From the NCBI GenBank assembly GCA_964016885.1, contig OZ024740.1, forward strand, positions 119,474,001 through 119,538,000: a stretch of 64,000 nt of DNA. The letters run 5' to 3'. The stretch is from Eledone cirrhosa. Its lineage: Eukaryota. Positions 1-12,835 of this stretch are shown here, one piece after another. Below the pieces are notes generated by a model, which worked only from the letters and a program-made list of their open reading frames with translations, did no database searches and was not told the origin of the DNA. Numbering within the stretch: the first letter of the stretch is position 1; each line of letters opens with the position of its first letter. The position numbers and the translations under genes were made by a program.

Positions 1-865
1 TGTGTAGTCCATTACTGCATCTTTGTGCATCTTTTGTAATGGAATATGATCTTTTGATGCTTTCGTGTTTCAAAACGAGTTTGATCATCCAATCATGTGA
101 TTCCCTTAGATATGTAGATAATCCAATTGTTGCAGTTTTCAACGCAATGTCTAACTGGATTAACCCACGTCCTCCTTCTTTCCTAGGGAGCTATATTCTA
201 TCTATATCTGCCTTACGGTGATGCATTCTGTGCATGGTTAAGAATTTTCGAATTTTTGTATCGAGCCTACGGATCTCTATGCTTGACCTGTTGATGACAT
301 TGTAACTGTAGGTTACTACTGGTATGGCAAGCGTGTTTATGGCATCGATCCTATTCCTTGCATTCAATTCGGTTCTTAAGATTGCTCTTACTCTGCGGTA
401 ACATTCCTTCCTTATCCTTTCCCTCATTGTCGAATGCTTGATTCCGTCTCCTTCACAAACACCTACATATTTGTAAGTTTTTTCTTGATCAAGTTCTCTT
501 ATCACGTTCCCCCGATCAAGATTAATGTCTGAACTCTTCAGCAGCTTTCCTCTGGTGAACGTTGCTTTGGCGCATTTATCTAGTCCAAACTCCATTTTAA
601 TGTCATCACTGAACTGCTTCACAGTGGATAATAGCCCTTGCAATTGTTCATCATTTTTTGCAAATAGTTCGGGTCATCCATGTAGAACAGGTGATTAATG
701 GTTTTGTCATAGACTTTATATCCATGTTTTGTTTCATTGAGCATTTTACTTAATGGTATAAGTGCGATGCAGAATAAAAGCGGTGATAATGAGTCACCCT
801 GAAAAATTCCACAATTAATATTAACTTCTCCAGCTTCCAGTGATTTTGTTTCACTATTCAAAAGG

Positions 866-868
<3 letters not shown>
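1..868 (-). mobile_element. R4/Dong-clade non-LTR retrotransposon, 5'-truncated copy 1 (RT region; runs off window edge)
   Basis: ORFs 619..861 (GIFQGDSLSPLLF, LFYMDD) and 191..643 (FGLDKC, YKYVG); near-identical to 1930-2760; junction directly into (TTA)n at 869. Confidence 0.85.

Positions 869-922
<54 letters not shown>
869..922. repeat. (TTA)n microsatellite between two R4/Dong copies
   Basis: direct reading. Confidence 0.95.
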
Positions 923-924
<2 letters not shown>

Positions 925-3910
925 AGCTACATTTATCTTGCTTTATGTTCATACGAGTTATCACCAAGTCACAACCAGTGACCTCAAGAGACAACAAATT
1001 CCGCCATGTTCAAGAAAGAACATACATATCCACACATGCATCTTTAGTGTTTAGACTTGTGATGTACTTATATTGACAGAATCTTCCTTAGTATATGGGA
1101 AGTTCCCATTAGTACTATCTTTTGTATTTCTCCTATATGCGGGATTCCTGGGATTTGCGATAAGTAATCATTAGACCCCTTAGGTATCATTCCTAGGGCG
1201 CCTACAACCACTCGTATTGTTTTAGTTCCTAATTTCCACATTTTTCCAATTTCTATCTCCAGGTCCTTATACTTGCTCAATTTTTCAAATGTTTTTATAG
1301 ATACATTCTTGTCTATTGGAACGGACAATTAGCAGGCATACCCTCTTTTTAAAGTCCTTCAATATTATATCAGGTCTATTTGCATCTATTTTTCGGTCTG
1401 TTTGGATGCTAAAGTTCCACAAGATTGAGATGTGATCTTTTTCAAGTATGGGAGGTGGTTGATGCTCCCACCAATTCTTTTGATGGGGTAGGTCAAAATG
1501 CTTACACATTATCCAATGTATGTAATGTGCAGCTCTGTCATGCCTGTTTAGGTATTCGGTTGGAGCTATAGGACTGCACATTGAAATTATATGGTCAATG
1601 GTCTCTGGTTGTTTTTTACATACACGACATAATGGGCTGCATCCATTTTTTTATTATGTTGGCTTGGTAATTTTTTGTTGGCAGACACTGATCTTGTGCT
1701 GATATAATCAGTCCTTCAGTCTCTGATTTCAGTCCAGAGGATGCCAACCACTGATGGGTTAAAGTTTTGTCAACATCAGGATTGTTAGCTCGTTCTGGGT
1801 ATTTTCCATACAGAGGCTTTTCTTGCCATTTCTTAACCAGTTTCTATAGCAGTTCTTTCTTTGCAGTTACTTTTACCTGCTTTGCTTTTTCTGTGTTTTC
1901 CATTTCAGCAGTAAATGGGACTTCTGAAATGTGTAGTCCATTACTGTATCATTCGTGTTTCAAAACGAGTTTGATCATCCAATCATGTGATTCCCTTAGA
2001 TATGTAGATAATCCAATTGTTGCAGTTTTCAACGCGATATCTAACTGGATTAACCCACGTCCTCCTTCTTTCCTAGAGAGATATATTCTATCTGTATCTG
2101 CCTTAGGGTGATGCATTCTGTGCATGGTTAAGAATTTTCGAAATTTTGTATCGAGCCTACGGATCTCTGTGCTTGACCAGTTGATGACATTGTAACTGTA
2201 GGTTACTACTGGTACGGCAAGCGTGTTTATGGCATCGATCCTATTCCTTGCATTCAATTCGGTTCTTAAGATTGCTCTTACTCTGCGGTAACATTCCTTC
2301 CTTATCCTTTCCCTCATTGTCTAGTGCTTGATTCCGTCTCCTTCACAAACACCTACATATTTGTAAGTTTCCTCTTGATCAAGTTCTCTTATCACATTCC
2401 CTCGATCAAGATTAATGTCTGAACTTTTCAGCAGCTTTCCTCTGGTGAACGTTGCTTTGGCGCATTTATCTAGTCCAAACTCCATTTTAATGTCATCACT
2501 GAACTGCTCCACAGTGGATAATAGCCCTTGCAATTGTTCATCATTTTTTGCAAATAGTTTCAGCTCATCCATGTAGAACAAGTGATTAATGGTTTTGTCA
2601 TAGACTTTATATCCATGGTTTGTTTCATTGAGCATTTTACTTAATGGTATAAGTGCGATGCAGAATAAAAGCTGTGATAAAGATTCACCCTGAAAAAATC
2701 CACAATTAATATTAACTTCTCCAGCTTCCAGTGATTTTGTTTCACTATTCAAAAGGAGTGTCGTTTTCCATGTTTAGAGATTTTCAAAATATCCCCCGTT
2801 GTATGAAGCATACTGAATGACAAAAACCTCCTGACAACGGGGGATATTTTGAAAATGTCTAAACATTTTTCAATCCAACTTTGTGGCAAACTATCGAATG
2901 CTTTTTTATAATCTATCCAAGCAATTGATAGATTTTTGTGTCTATTATGACAATCTTCCAGTATCATTTTGTTAACCAAAAGCTGATCCTTACAGCCATA
3001 TGAGCCTCGTTTACACCCTTTCTGCTCAATGGGAAATAGGTCATTTGTTATCAGGTGGTCATATGTATATTCAGTTAGGACTTATGTTAAAATTTTATAC
3101 ATTGTGGTCAAGCAAGTTATCGGTCTGTAATTTTTGGGATTGTTTGTCTCATCATTCTTCGGAAGCAGGAATGTAATGCCGTTAATTAGCCATGATGGTA
3201 TCTTTTCTGGCTCCTTAACTATTTCATTGTAAAGTTGGGCTAACAGCTCATGAGACTCTGTGAAGGCATTTATCCAAAAATTTTGTATTTTGTCTTTTCC
3301 TGGGGATTTCCATTTGCTGGTTTTTCTTAGAGCCAAACGCAACTGTTCAACTGTTATATTTTGCCATATTTGTTCCTCAAGGTGAGCTGTATCTTTCATT
3401 TGTCTGTCTATCCATGGGGCATGTATATTATGTACTTTTTCTTCGGCCCAGATCTTTTCCCAGAATTCTTGCACTTCCTCCTTGGGTGGTATTGATTTAG
3501 CAGTTATTGTTGACTTACCAATTTTTCTGTAGAAGTTTCTTTGGTTGGTTTTGAACATATTATTGTCCTTATAGAATCTAGATCGTTTTTCAAAGCGCCT
3601 TATACGAGCAGCTTTGGCCGACACTTTTTGCTTGATTATTTCTATCAGCATGCCTATGCCACTTGTTGGTTTTATACTGTACTTTCTTTTCAATTTTCTA
3701 AGTTTAGTTTGTTTAACATGTTCACCTACTTTATAGTTTTTTAAAATTTCTATGTCAGATCGGAGAAGGTTTATTTGGCGATTGATGTTCTCTTGCCAAG
3801 TAGATTTCTTGTGGGAATTCCTTTGTTTTTTCATCTTCACTCCACATAAGTGAGTGATGACTTTAGCCGATGCATAATAGAGATGATTTAAATCAGTAAT
3901 GTTTAGTTTG

Positions 3911-3912
<2 letters not shown>
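923..3912 (-). mobile_element. R4/Dong-clade non-LTR retrotransposon copy 2, frameshifted: RT + CCHC knuckle + restriction-like endonuclease
   Basis: ORFs 3082..3840 (WKSPGKD, NYRPITCL), 2749..2979 (WIDYKKAFDS), 2321..2752, 1949..2317, 1285..1581 (RHD, RPDII), 1068..1328 (EKLSKYKDL); C-x2-C..H..C near 1580-1630; both ends in (TAA)n. Confidence 0.88.

Positions 3913-3916
<4 letters not shown>

Positions 3917-3954
<38 letters not shown>
3917..3954. repeat. (TTA)n microsatellite
   Basis: direct reading. Confidence 0.95.
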
Positions 3955-3958
<4 letters not shown>

Positions 3959-3978
3959 AGAAGAAATCATGAACAGAA

Positions 3979-4113
3979 GAAAGTTTTCCTTCATCAGTTG
4001 TCTGCTGGGGGTCTCGGATATTTCTACGCATGGGGCTTCGGTAAATTTCCTTTGTCTTTAATGCGCAGAAATATCCGAGACCTCCAGGAGACAACTGATG
4101 AAGGAAAACCTTC
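3979..4113. repeat. imperfect inverted repeat, ~53-bp arms with ~29-bp spacer
   Basis: gttttccttcatcagttgtct...tctcggatatttct pairs with agaaatatccgaga...agacaactgatgaaggaaaac. Confidence 0.85.
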
Positions 4114-5497
4114 TTTCTTAGTATTTTAAAGTATACTTTATCTAGCAACTACACAGCCTCCTCTCTTCTTCATATATATATATATATATATCAAGAGATG
4201 TCAATATGAATGGACCTGTTATTTTTATCTAAAGACATTTTTTCCAATTCCACCCCGCTCGCCCCTTCATTCTATCTTATTTCTCATTCTTTCTTCTGAG
4301 AAAGCACTAGCGTCTGAAACATCAAAACCCTCTTCCTTCTATTTCATGTATATTCCTTCCATATACTGTACCGATTGTGTTGTTATTTCTGTTTACCATT
4401 TGCATACATATATATATATGCTACTGTGCCTCTTTTATTCGTGAGGCCATGTTCACCTCTGCCGTTCCTCCCTTTCTCTCATATCTCTGCTACAAGTCAA
4501 ACATATCTCGTATTTCTCCTTTTTTACCTTGAGTCCATTTATGATTAACATACAAAACAATTCCAATTATTTCTCTGCGATTATTTATATACACAAATGT
4601 CCTGTGTCCAGACGAAATAACTTAATGTTCACGTTTTCTCTAAAGAGAGAATGTCTTAATATCCTTTCATAATACAGTGATTTGTTTATCTTAGTCGAAA
4701 ATTAAAAATATTTGGCTGTCCAACCATAATTGCATCGTTCCCTATTAGCTATTTCCGTAATGCTACAGTCATAACAGTACGTGTCGATACTACTACTTAG
4801 CTTCTGGGATCGTTATTACCTAAACACAACAGCTAATGAAGAGTTTTCTGTTTCGCCTGATTATTTTTTGTAGACTATAGTTATATTATTCAGAAAAAGA
4901 ATATGACTGCCCAGAATCAATGATGTCAAACATAAATAAAATATCAAATTATTTTGTTGAATTAATTTTCAGAAAGCGTGTAATCCAATGAAAAATATAG
5001 TTAAAGGTTCTTCAAATTTGCTTTATACTCCGTTCGTTTTTCATGGCTTAATCATATACATATAAAAAAAATACATCTAAGCAAAATTTAGTTAGCTACA
5101 TTATATAGCCGTTTCCTGTAAATGATAAATGTGTTTTCTAACTCCCTGGGTAACATAGCATCCCATCATATATCGTTCGTCAACATGATTTATTTGAGGT
5201 AGAAAGTTTTAATAAATCTCTACTGGATGAAGACAACATGAGAGATTCCACCTTCAAGGATTCAGTCATCAATCAATGAAAATGTCAAATTGATTTTTCA
5301 AGAAAGTAAGATTACAAAACAACAAATAACATTTTTACATTAAACGATATTGTTGTCTTGCACAATGAGTGCTGCTAAGGCTGCTGCTGCTGATGATGAT
5401 GATTTGGGAAATTCATTTCAGTTTCGGCATACATATTATTTATATCTCTATACATTCACACAAACAAATATTATATACATATATATATTTACATATA

Positions 5498-5604
<107 letters not shown>

Positions 5605-5650
5605 CAGAAATATATGATGAAGAAAAGAAGTCTCTTATCAAGAAGTGTTA

Positions 5651-5761
5651 TTGCTTACACAGTGTTTCATCTGAAGGGTAACATACGTATTCTTATGGAA
5701 GGAATTAAATAAGATTTATATACCTCCCTAGAATTGCACCACTTCAGACTCTTCAGAGGAA
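5651..5761 (-). ncRNA. type I hammerhead ribozyme motif with long stem II
   Basis: ttcct-CTGAAGA-gtctgaag...cttcagat-GAAAC-actgt-GTA-agcaa; 8-bp stem II base, stem III ACAC/GTGT, stem I 4/5 pairs. Confidence 0.7.
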
Positions 5762-6007
5762 AGCAGTTTGTCTATAATAGTGTCACAAAAGGGATAAGTA
5801 TAGGCTGCACAAAGCGCAAAATAATGGGCCACAGATTCGGAAACAATTCAGTCTTTAAAACATCAGAGAAAACAAAATGAAAACATCAATATATGTATGT
5901 CTAATTTATCTTTCCTTGTCTTATTACTCCACTTTGTAAGCTACAGTTAACCTACTTTGTTTTCAAAATGGCGATTGACATTTTCCTTTTATAACTCCTT
6001 TCTACAG

Positions 6008-6070
6008 CTAAGTAAACTGGAGCAATATGAAATAAAGTGTCTTGTTCAAGGACACAATGCATCACCCGGT
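6008..6070. mobile_element. SINE fragment (cephalopod-type)
   Basis: actggagcaatatgaaataaagtgtcttgttcaaggacacaa; reverse-complement relative near 25460-25495. Confidence 0.5.
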
Positions 6071-6099
6071 AGTTCAATATGTTGGGAAATGTACACTAT

Positions 6100-7640
6100 G
6101 ACATCATCATCAATGACTGATATGGAGTTTCATTAGTTTCAAAGTGATCTTTCATCTTTCCAGGATGCCTGACGTATCTAACTGATGAGAACACCTGTGA
6201 GACACCACTCAGATCATCTTAGAATGGCTTAGAATCCTTCCCATCTGCAGCATGTTTGATTTCATTTGTCTTTGCAGCACGAAGCCTCTTTCATTTTCCT
6301 GAGAACATATCGAATCTAAATCTTGCATTTTCTGTAAGTCTGCCGTTTGATCGATGAGTCCCTATCATTTATCCATGCTTTGTGGGAGCTGTGCATTTGT
6401 TGTATTAACAGCTGGCGCTTGATGTTGTTATCATCAAAACACTACTAGTGCTTTTGAACAGGTAGTCGGAAAAGCTCCAGAGTGCCTTCCAAGATGATTC
6501 AATGTCCTCAGTAATCTCAACATTCGAGATCTGTGTCCAATTTGTTGCAGATCTTGGTTTATTCCCCATTGATTTTCAAAGGTTGAGTGTTAATACGCCA
6601 CTCCTGTGGCCAAAACGGAATGAAGCCTTACTATGAAAGAAAGCATAATCCAAAAGATAATAGCTGCTGCGAAATAAGCGTATGATGTTAATATCTCTAA
6701 AATACCATTTATCTTTGAAAACAAAGCCTTTAAGGTGCCAATCCTTGGATCAAGGATGTCTAGTGGTGGTTTGGTGGTAAAATAGTGTTTCTGATGGTTA
6801 GATTGAATAGAAAGAAGGCTGAGACCATTTCAGTTCATTTGACTGATCTAGTACTTCCTGCCATCCTGCCAGGACTGATGATCTGTACCCACTCAAACAT
6901 TGAAACACCCCATGAGAATGAGTTTACTCCTATGTTGACTATTAGATATGAAATTGTGGAGTTGGTCATAGTAGTTGTCTTTTTCCTGCTCAGAACTGGT
7001 CATGGCTGGAGCAACTGACTAATGTACCACCAGCATGTGGTCTGATATACATATGAGCAGAGTAGAAAGAGATCTCGCAATTTCTGATCTTATGGTTAAT
7101 CCAACACTAGACTGGCATGGTTCATTCTGACTTTTCCCAGACAAGAGAACTACATACACTCCTTTCACTTCTCAGTGTGATGAACATGCAAAATATCTTT
7201 CACTGAGTGCAGCTATATCAATATTATATTTCCGTAGTGCAAGGGAGACAAATGCAATATTGCATACATTCCAAGAACCAAGATGTAGTCTGTTAATTTT
7301 AAGTTTCTTCATATTCTTACTGCAAGTACTGGATTGCCAGGCAGCTATGTGAGCAAGCAATATTTAGGGCTCCGTTTATCAGCCCCTCCCCTAATTGGGA
7401 AAAGAAGTGTTGTATCTCAGTAGACCTGCTTTGTCACCACTGGAAGACACAAACAGCACAAATGCTCCTGGATTTGTGCTAGAATGGCCACCAATCAGTG
7501 GTCACCCCTGTGTAAAGCTTCAGCTAGAGACTTCCAATAATATCCTTTATCTGTCTCCATCACATTCCTACTCTTGTCAGAGGACTTTGATGCAGATAGG
7601 TGAAGCTGTGTGTAACTAAACTGTTAGTTGATAGAGAACC
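6100..7640 (-). mobile_element. decayed RTE/BovB-like LINE 5' part (APE endonuclease relic)
   Basis: 7172..7360 LHLGSWNV..LRKYNIDIAALSE (APE N-terminus); further broken APE-like frames downstream. Confidence 0.6.
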
Positions 7641-7793
7641 TACAGGGAAATTCCTTTAAGTCACGATGGCTTGTGTAAACATCAACACTTTCAGGAACTG
7701 TTGATAGCATAGAATTAGTGCAAATTTTTGCAACCAAGATAAGAGTGTTTTGATTGTTTGAGTATCCTTCTCATTTTCGTATATATATATGTA

Positions 7794-8551
7794 TACTAGC
7801 TGAGGTACCCGGTAATACCCGGGAGCGGGAGTATTCCCAGTTCCCAGTAAAATGCCCAATGCCTCTCAGACCAAAAATGAAATGAAAATATAGGACAGAT
7901 AATCAAAATTGATGACAAATTCATTTGTGAAACAAACAAGTATTGTTGATTGCATTGGTCATGCGAAAAAATGTTGGTCAGAGAAGTTGGGTGTTGCTAT
8001 AAGGAAAAAAATAGAACCCCCATTAGGAGGGTTACATTGCTGAAATTGTGTGAATAGTCATCATATCTTGTCATTTACCTATAGCTTAAATTTCATATAA
8101 ATCGAGGGAAAACATTTTCAGCGGGGATTTTGTGCCCCCGGGGAACCCTTTGATTAAAATGAAATATACTTATCCAAGTACCCTGGGCAATGTAGTTTCT
8201 GAATATCTGGTTATCTCCAAAACCATAGGAGTTCGTGAAATCTTGTTCCATTTATTGGCCAAAATTGTCACTATAGGGGGTGTCTTAATATTATTGAAAT
8301 TTTCTGAACTTTTGTGAATAGGCATCATGTCATTGACCTATGGTTTATATTTCATATAGCTCGAAGGGAAATAATTAAGTGGGGGTTCTCAGCCGGGGTT
8401 TGAACCCCCGGGGAACCCTTTGATTAAAATGAAATATACGCAAGTAATCAAATGGACATGAGCCCACACACGCGTAAAGTTTCATCAAGATCGGTTTGGT
8501 AGTTTTTGAGTTCTAGGTTCACAAACACACAGACAGAAATTGCCATTTATG

Positions 8552-8560
<9 letters not shown>
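7794..8560. mobile_element. non-autonomous Helitron/Helentron-like element with ~270-bp internal repeat
   Basis: starts tactagc..cccgg..cccggg; ends aaagtttcatcaagatcggt..acaaacacacagacag..tttatatata; cccccggggaaccctttgattaaaatgaaatatac at ~8135 and ~8405. Confidence 0.5.
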
Positions 8561-8591
<31 letters not shown>

Positions 8592-8703
8592 AAGTAATAA
8601 TAATAAATTTGAAGACTAAAATCCAAGGAGGGCTCGATAAGGATAAATATATATCAGATATATAAGAACCGTACAGCAAATATTTATTAAAATAACATAT
8701 TAA

Positions 8704-8754
8704 AGTTTAAGCAAAGAATCGCTGCTTTCACCCTTAACGGGATCTTCTGAAACT
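8704..8754 (-). ncRNA. hammerhead motif with variant core CAGAAGA; mirror copy 11047-11097 (+) has GAAA>GAGG
   Basis: agttt-CAGAAGA-tcccgttaagggt-GAAA-gca..tg-CTT-aaact; stem I 5 bp. Confidence 0.5.
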
Positions 8755-9322
8755 AAAAAATGTCAATCTGTGAACGCAGAAGTAAATCTTTCAAAAAACG
8801 TTGCAACCGAAGGAAGACAGGAAGACGAACGCGCGCACATACATACCTACATGTAAATACACATATGTTCGCAGACGTACGTCAACCAAAACACAAAGTA
8901 CACATATACACACACCCTACATACGTACGAACCCGCACACTCACACAGACGCAATCTCATGTATACACATAACCAAATGCACATGTACCACTATATATAA
9001 TATACGTCATAACATAAACAAGCAAATATACGTACGAGAAAGTATACGTACCTTCACAAAACATACAGGTAATATATACTTACCTATACAAATAAGTAAT
9101 GGTATAAGCATAACACACCTACCACATCAAGACGTAAAATATCCGCGTATAGTTCGTACTATCCGTTAGGCTATAATGCGGGGCTGTAATATAGGAAGGT
9201 TTGTGCAATTTATGTTTACAAGCCGAAATTGCCTCAGATTTTTTGTTTAAGATGTTGTCTTTGGCGTAGAGTATTTCCAAGGCCTCAGCAGCACAGAGGT
9301 CACATGGTCTTTTATTTCCCTT

Positions 9323-9778
9323 CTACGATCTAGCCTTAACTAGGATCTCCCAGTGTAACTTATATTGGGTGTGGTTGTCTTTTAGACTCCAGATATAAGA
9401 TGAAAGTGACGTCATATTCCTTCTTAAAGGGTTAAGAAAATAATGGGTATGCATGTAAAGACGCTGCTTGAATCTATTGGCCGTTAACCCTATGTAGGCC
9501 CTACGGGACGTGGGTGTTTCAACCTTACATTTGTAGACAATGTTACTAGAGAGGCATTTCCCGGATAGAGGGCAGTCAACCCGATTCCTGCAAGTACAGT
9601 TAGTACTAGCTACAGGGTTGCATGTGTTCCTACGGCTAGGTAATTTAGCTAAATTTGAAGCTGTGATGTTATGTGCAAGGTTAGGAGTCGTAGAGTAAGA
9701 AATGTTAATGGTATTTCTATTAAAAATGTTACTATATTTATGTGCTGAGGGGAAATGCTTCATAAAAGACAACCACAC
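9323..9778 (-). pseudogene. GIY-YIG endonuclease fragment of a Naiad-like PLE
   Basis: CTCR..CPLSGKC, IVYKC..YIGLT..FKQR..H, WEI; inverted copy 9765-9977 adds CDLC..E. Confidence 0.85.
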
Positions 9779-10367
9779 CCAATATAAGTTACACTGGGAG
9801 ATCCTAGCTAAGGCTAGATCGTATAACGGAAATAAAAGACCATGTGACCTATGTGCCGCTGAGACCCTGGAAATACTCTACGCCAAAGACCACATCTTAA
9901 ACAAAAAATCTGAGGCAATTTCGGCTTGTAAACATAAATTGCGCAAAACTTTCCTGTATTACAGCCGCACATTATAACCTAACGGATAGTACGAACTATA
10001 CGATGATATTTTACGTCTTTATGTGGTAGCTAAGTATATGTTATGTTTATACCATTACTTATTTTTATAGGTAAGTATATATTACCTGTATGTTTTGTGT
10101 TTTGTATATTGGCTTGTTTATGTTATGGTGTATATTATATATACTGGTACATCTGCATTTGGTTATGTGTATACGTGAGTTTGCGTCTGTGTGAGTATGC
10201 AGATTCGTACGTATGTAAGGTGTGTGTATATGTGTACTTTGTGTTTTGGTTGACGTACGTCTGCGAACATATGTGTATTTACAGATTGGTATGTGTGTGG
10301 GCGCGTTATATACGTATTTATGTGTGTATATTTTTATACGTTTATTTACTTATGTGTATACACGCAC

Positions 10368-10463
<96 letters not shown>

Positions 10464-11131
10464 ATATATATTTTTATGTGTATTTGGTGTATACGTATGT
10501 GTGCGAGTACAGGCATTGCGTGGGTTCTGTATGTGCGTGCGTGTTGTTTTGTGTACGTGCTTGTATTTGCATACCCATGGCGAATGTTTTCACGTATGCC
10601 TGTGTATATACGCATATGGATACTTGTATATATATATTTAATTTCAATTACCTCTGTATTTTATTTACTTTATTCTTAACTCTGAAGCCGAGAATCATTC
10701 GGTTTCCTAAATAGAATTTTACCATTTACGTGGTTTTGTATTTGCGTGTAATTGTTCTCACAGTTCCACATAATGACGTGTTATCTTTGTTTTTTCCGTT
10801 CATTGCCTGAGAACGTCTCCATGAACCATCTAATAGAATATTAGTCTACGACTTCATTTATACCATAAACCTGGTTTTGTCTTTCTGCGTAATTGTTTTC
10901 CCGTTCCAAATAATGACGTATTATCTTCGTTTTTTTACGTTCTTTGCCAGGGAACGTTTCCACGAATCAAAATATCGTCTTCCTGTCTTCCTTCAGTTGC
11001 AACGTTTTTTTTAATATTTACTTCTGCCTTCACAGATTGACTTTTTAGTTTCAGAAGATCCCGTTAAGGGCGAGGGCAGCGATTCTTTGCTTAAACTTTA
11101 ATCTGTTATTTTAATAAATATATATATATAG

Positions 11132-11465
11132 ATACAATATATTAACAAATGGAAACTATATTTATAAAAGCATATTTATTTCATTATACCTATTTCAAAT
11201 TATGTTGCGCTTTTATCAGATAAAATATAATATAGGATAATTTTATAAATAAATATTGATATACCCTGAAAAAATGCAACCATTCCGGTTGGAATCTCTG
11301 GTTGCATTTTTTCTGGGTATGTCAATATTTATTTATAAAACTAACCTATATTATATTTTATCTGATGAAAGCACACCATAATTTGCCTTGGTGGCACTTG
11401 AAATAGGTATAATGAAATAAATATGGTTTTATAAATATAGTTTCCATTTGTTAATATATTGTATA
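11132..11465. mobile_element. short fold-back element with decayed hammerhead (CTGATGA 11362, GAAA 11400)
   Basis: ~150-bp inverted arms around ~11283-11298; unique tail to ~11550; (TA)n flanks. Confidence 0.7.
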
Positions 11466-11576
11466 TTTACTCCAATAATTTGTTGAGTGCTTTATATCAG
11501 TTATAAAAATAGTTTGCTTGTTGTATCCCAACAAATTAAATATAACCTCTACATATATATATATATTTATATATAT

Positions 11577-12108
11577 GTAGATAAATCTACCAAAAGTTTT
11601 CGGTAGTGTCCAATCCGTATGAAGAACTCAATGTAATCCGGATATCATGAAAAGAAGAGATGCATTCAAAAATCACCTTCGGTGAAAGATAAACGGAAAA
11701 CAGAGTCAAGATAAATTATTAAAAAAATAATGAATAAACAAAGAAACAGTTCCTTATATTAAACAAAAAAAGTTCATTATTTTACGATCGTTTCTAGGAC
11801 ATATATGTGTTAGAATTGGTATGCATATTCAAAAGATCTATGTACAAAATTATACAAACTATCAGAGAGAATATACATACCTTCACATATATATGCTGTC
11901 TTCAGAAATAATATTATTTCTGAAGACAGCATATATATGTGAAGGTATGTATATTCTCTCTGATAGTTTGTATAATTTTGTACATAGATCTTTTGAATAT
12001 GCATACCAATTCTAACGCATATATGTCCTAGAAACGATCGTAAAATAATGAACTTTTTTTGTTTAATATAAGGAACTGTTTCTTTGTTTATTCATTATTG
12101 TTTTAATA

Positions 12109-12110
<2 letters not shown>
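11577..12110. mobile_element. near-perfect palindromic fold-back element centred at 11912/11913
   Basis: identical 64-aa ORFs on both strands (11810..12004-, 11821..12015+); ~195-bp arms, left arm has extra tail; (TA)n both sides. Confidence 0.92.
11913..12049 (+). ncRNA. type I hammerhead motif (mirror copy 11776-11912 on -)
   Basis: attattt-CTGAAGA-long irregular stem II (ggtatgtatattc/gaatatgcatacc)-GAAAC-gatc-GTA-aaataat; palindromic stem III ACGATCGT. Confidence 0.75.
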
Positions 12111-12167
<57 letters not shown>

Positions 12168-12210
12168 TTTCAAAATATTAATAAATATAGACATTCATGT
12201 GATCAAATAT

Positions 12211-12274
12211 ATTTTATTATACATATTTCAGAGATACTGAGCTATTTCAACAATACGTCCTCATCAGATAAAAT
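12211..12274 (-). ncRNA. decayed hammerhead motif
   Basis: ttttat-CTGATGA-gg..ct-GAAA-tat-GTA-taataaaa; stem I register imperfect. Confidence 0.45.
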
Positions 12275-12387
12275 AAGTTTATGCTTGACATACCTTGACT
12301 ATGTTGATGTTTATAATTTAGTCATGGCAGTTATATATATATATATATATATATCAATGATATCAATGATATCAATGATGTTAAATA

Positions 12388-12757
12388 AATTATACTATAT
12401 TATTTCTGTATAGCAATTCAAATTCAAAATCAAAATCAAAATTAAAATTAAAACAAAATTAAAACAAAATTAAAATGCATTTTAATTTTGTTTTAATTTT
12501 GTTTTAATTCTGTTTTAATTTTAATTTTGATTTTGATTTTGAATTTGAATTGCTATACAGAAATAATATAGTATAATATATGTCACTCCACTGTACATCA
12601 ATATATATATATATGTATCTGTATGTCTCTTGCGTTGGAAAGGAGGTCAATTATGTATACAAATATTGAAAAATGTTCAGAAGAACCCAAGCCTAAGTCT
12701 GGATGAAACAATTGTAAGTGAATAAATGCTTTGAACATAGCTCTGATTCTTGTGAAT

Positions 12758-12760
<3 letters not shown>
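12388..12760 (+). mobile_element. fold-back PLE pLTR fragment (palindrome centre 12477/12478) with hammerhead at 12674-12720
   Basis: CAGAAGA-acccaagc..ctggat-GAAAC-aatt-GTA; 12510-12760 matches 37760-38010 in reverse complement. Confidence 0.8.

Positions 12761-12831
<71 letters not shown>

Positions 12832-12835
<4 letters not shown>

Larger units (their letters stand above)
8590..11120. mobile_element. fold-back Penelope-like element (Naiad-like 3' end plus inverted copy)
   Basis: arms ~8680-9384 and ~9765-11120 are reverse complements (right arm has extra internal sequence); unique tail 8590-8680; flanked by (TA)n. Confidence 0.85.

Noticed and set aside
6182-6215. CTGATGA possible hammerhead
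   Set aside because: No GAAA or stem III follows; lies at the edge of a decayed LINE
11810-12015. Identical 64-aa ORFs on both strands
   Set aside because: A consequence of the DNA palindrome; no coding signal
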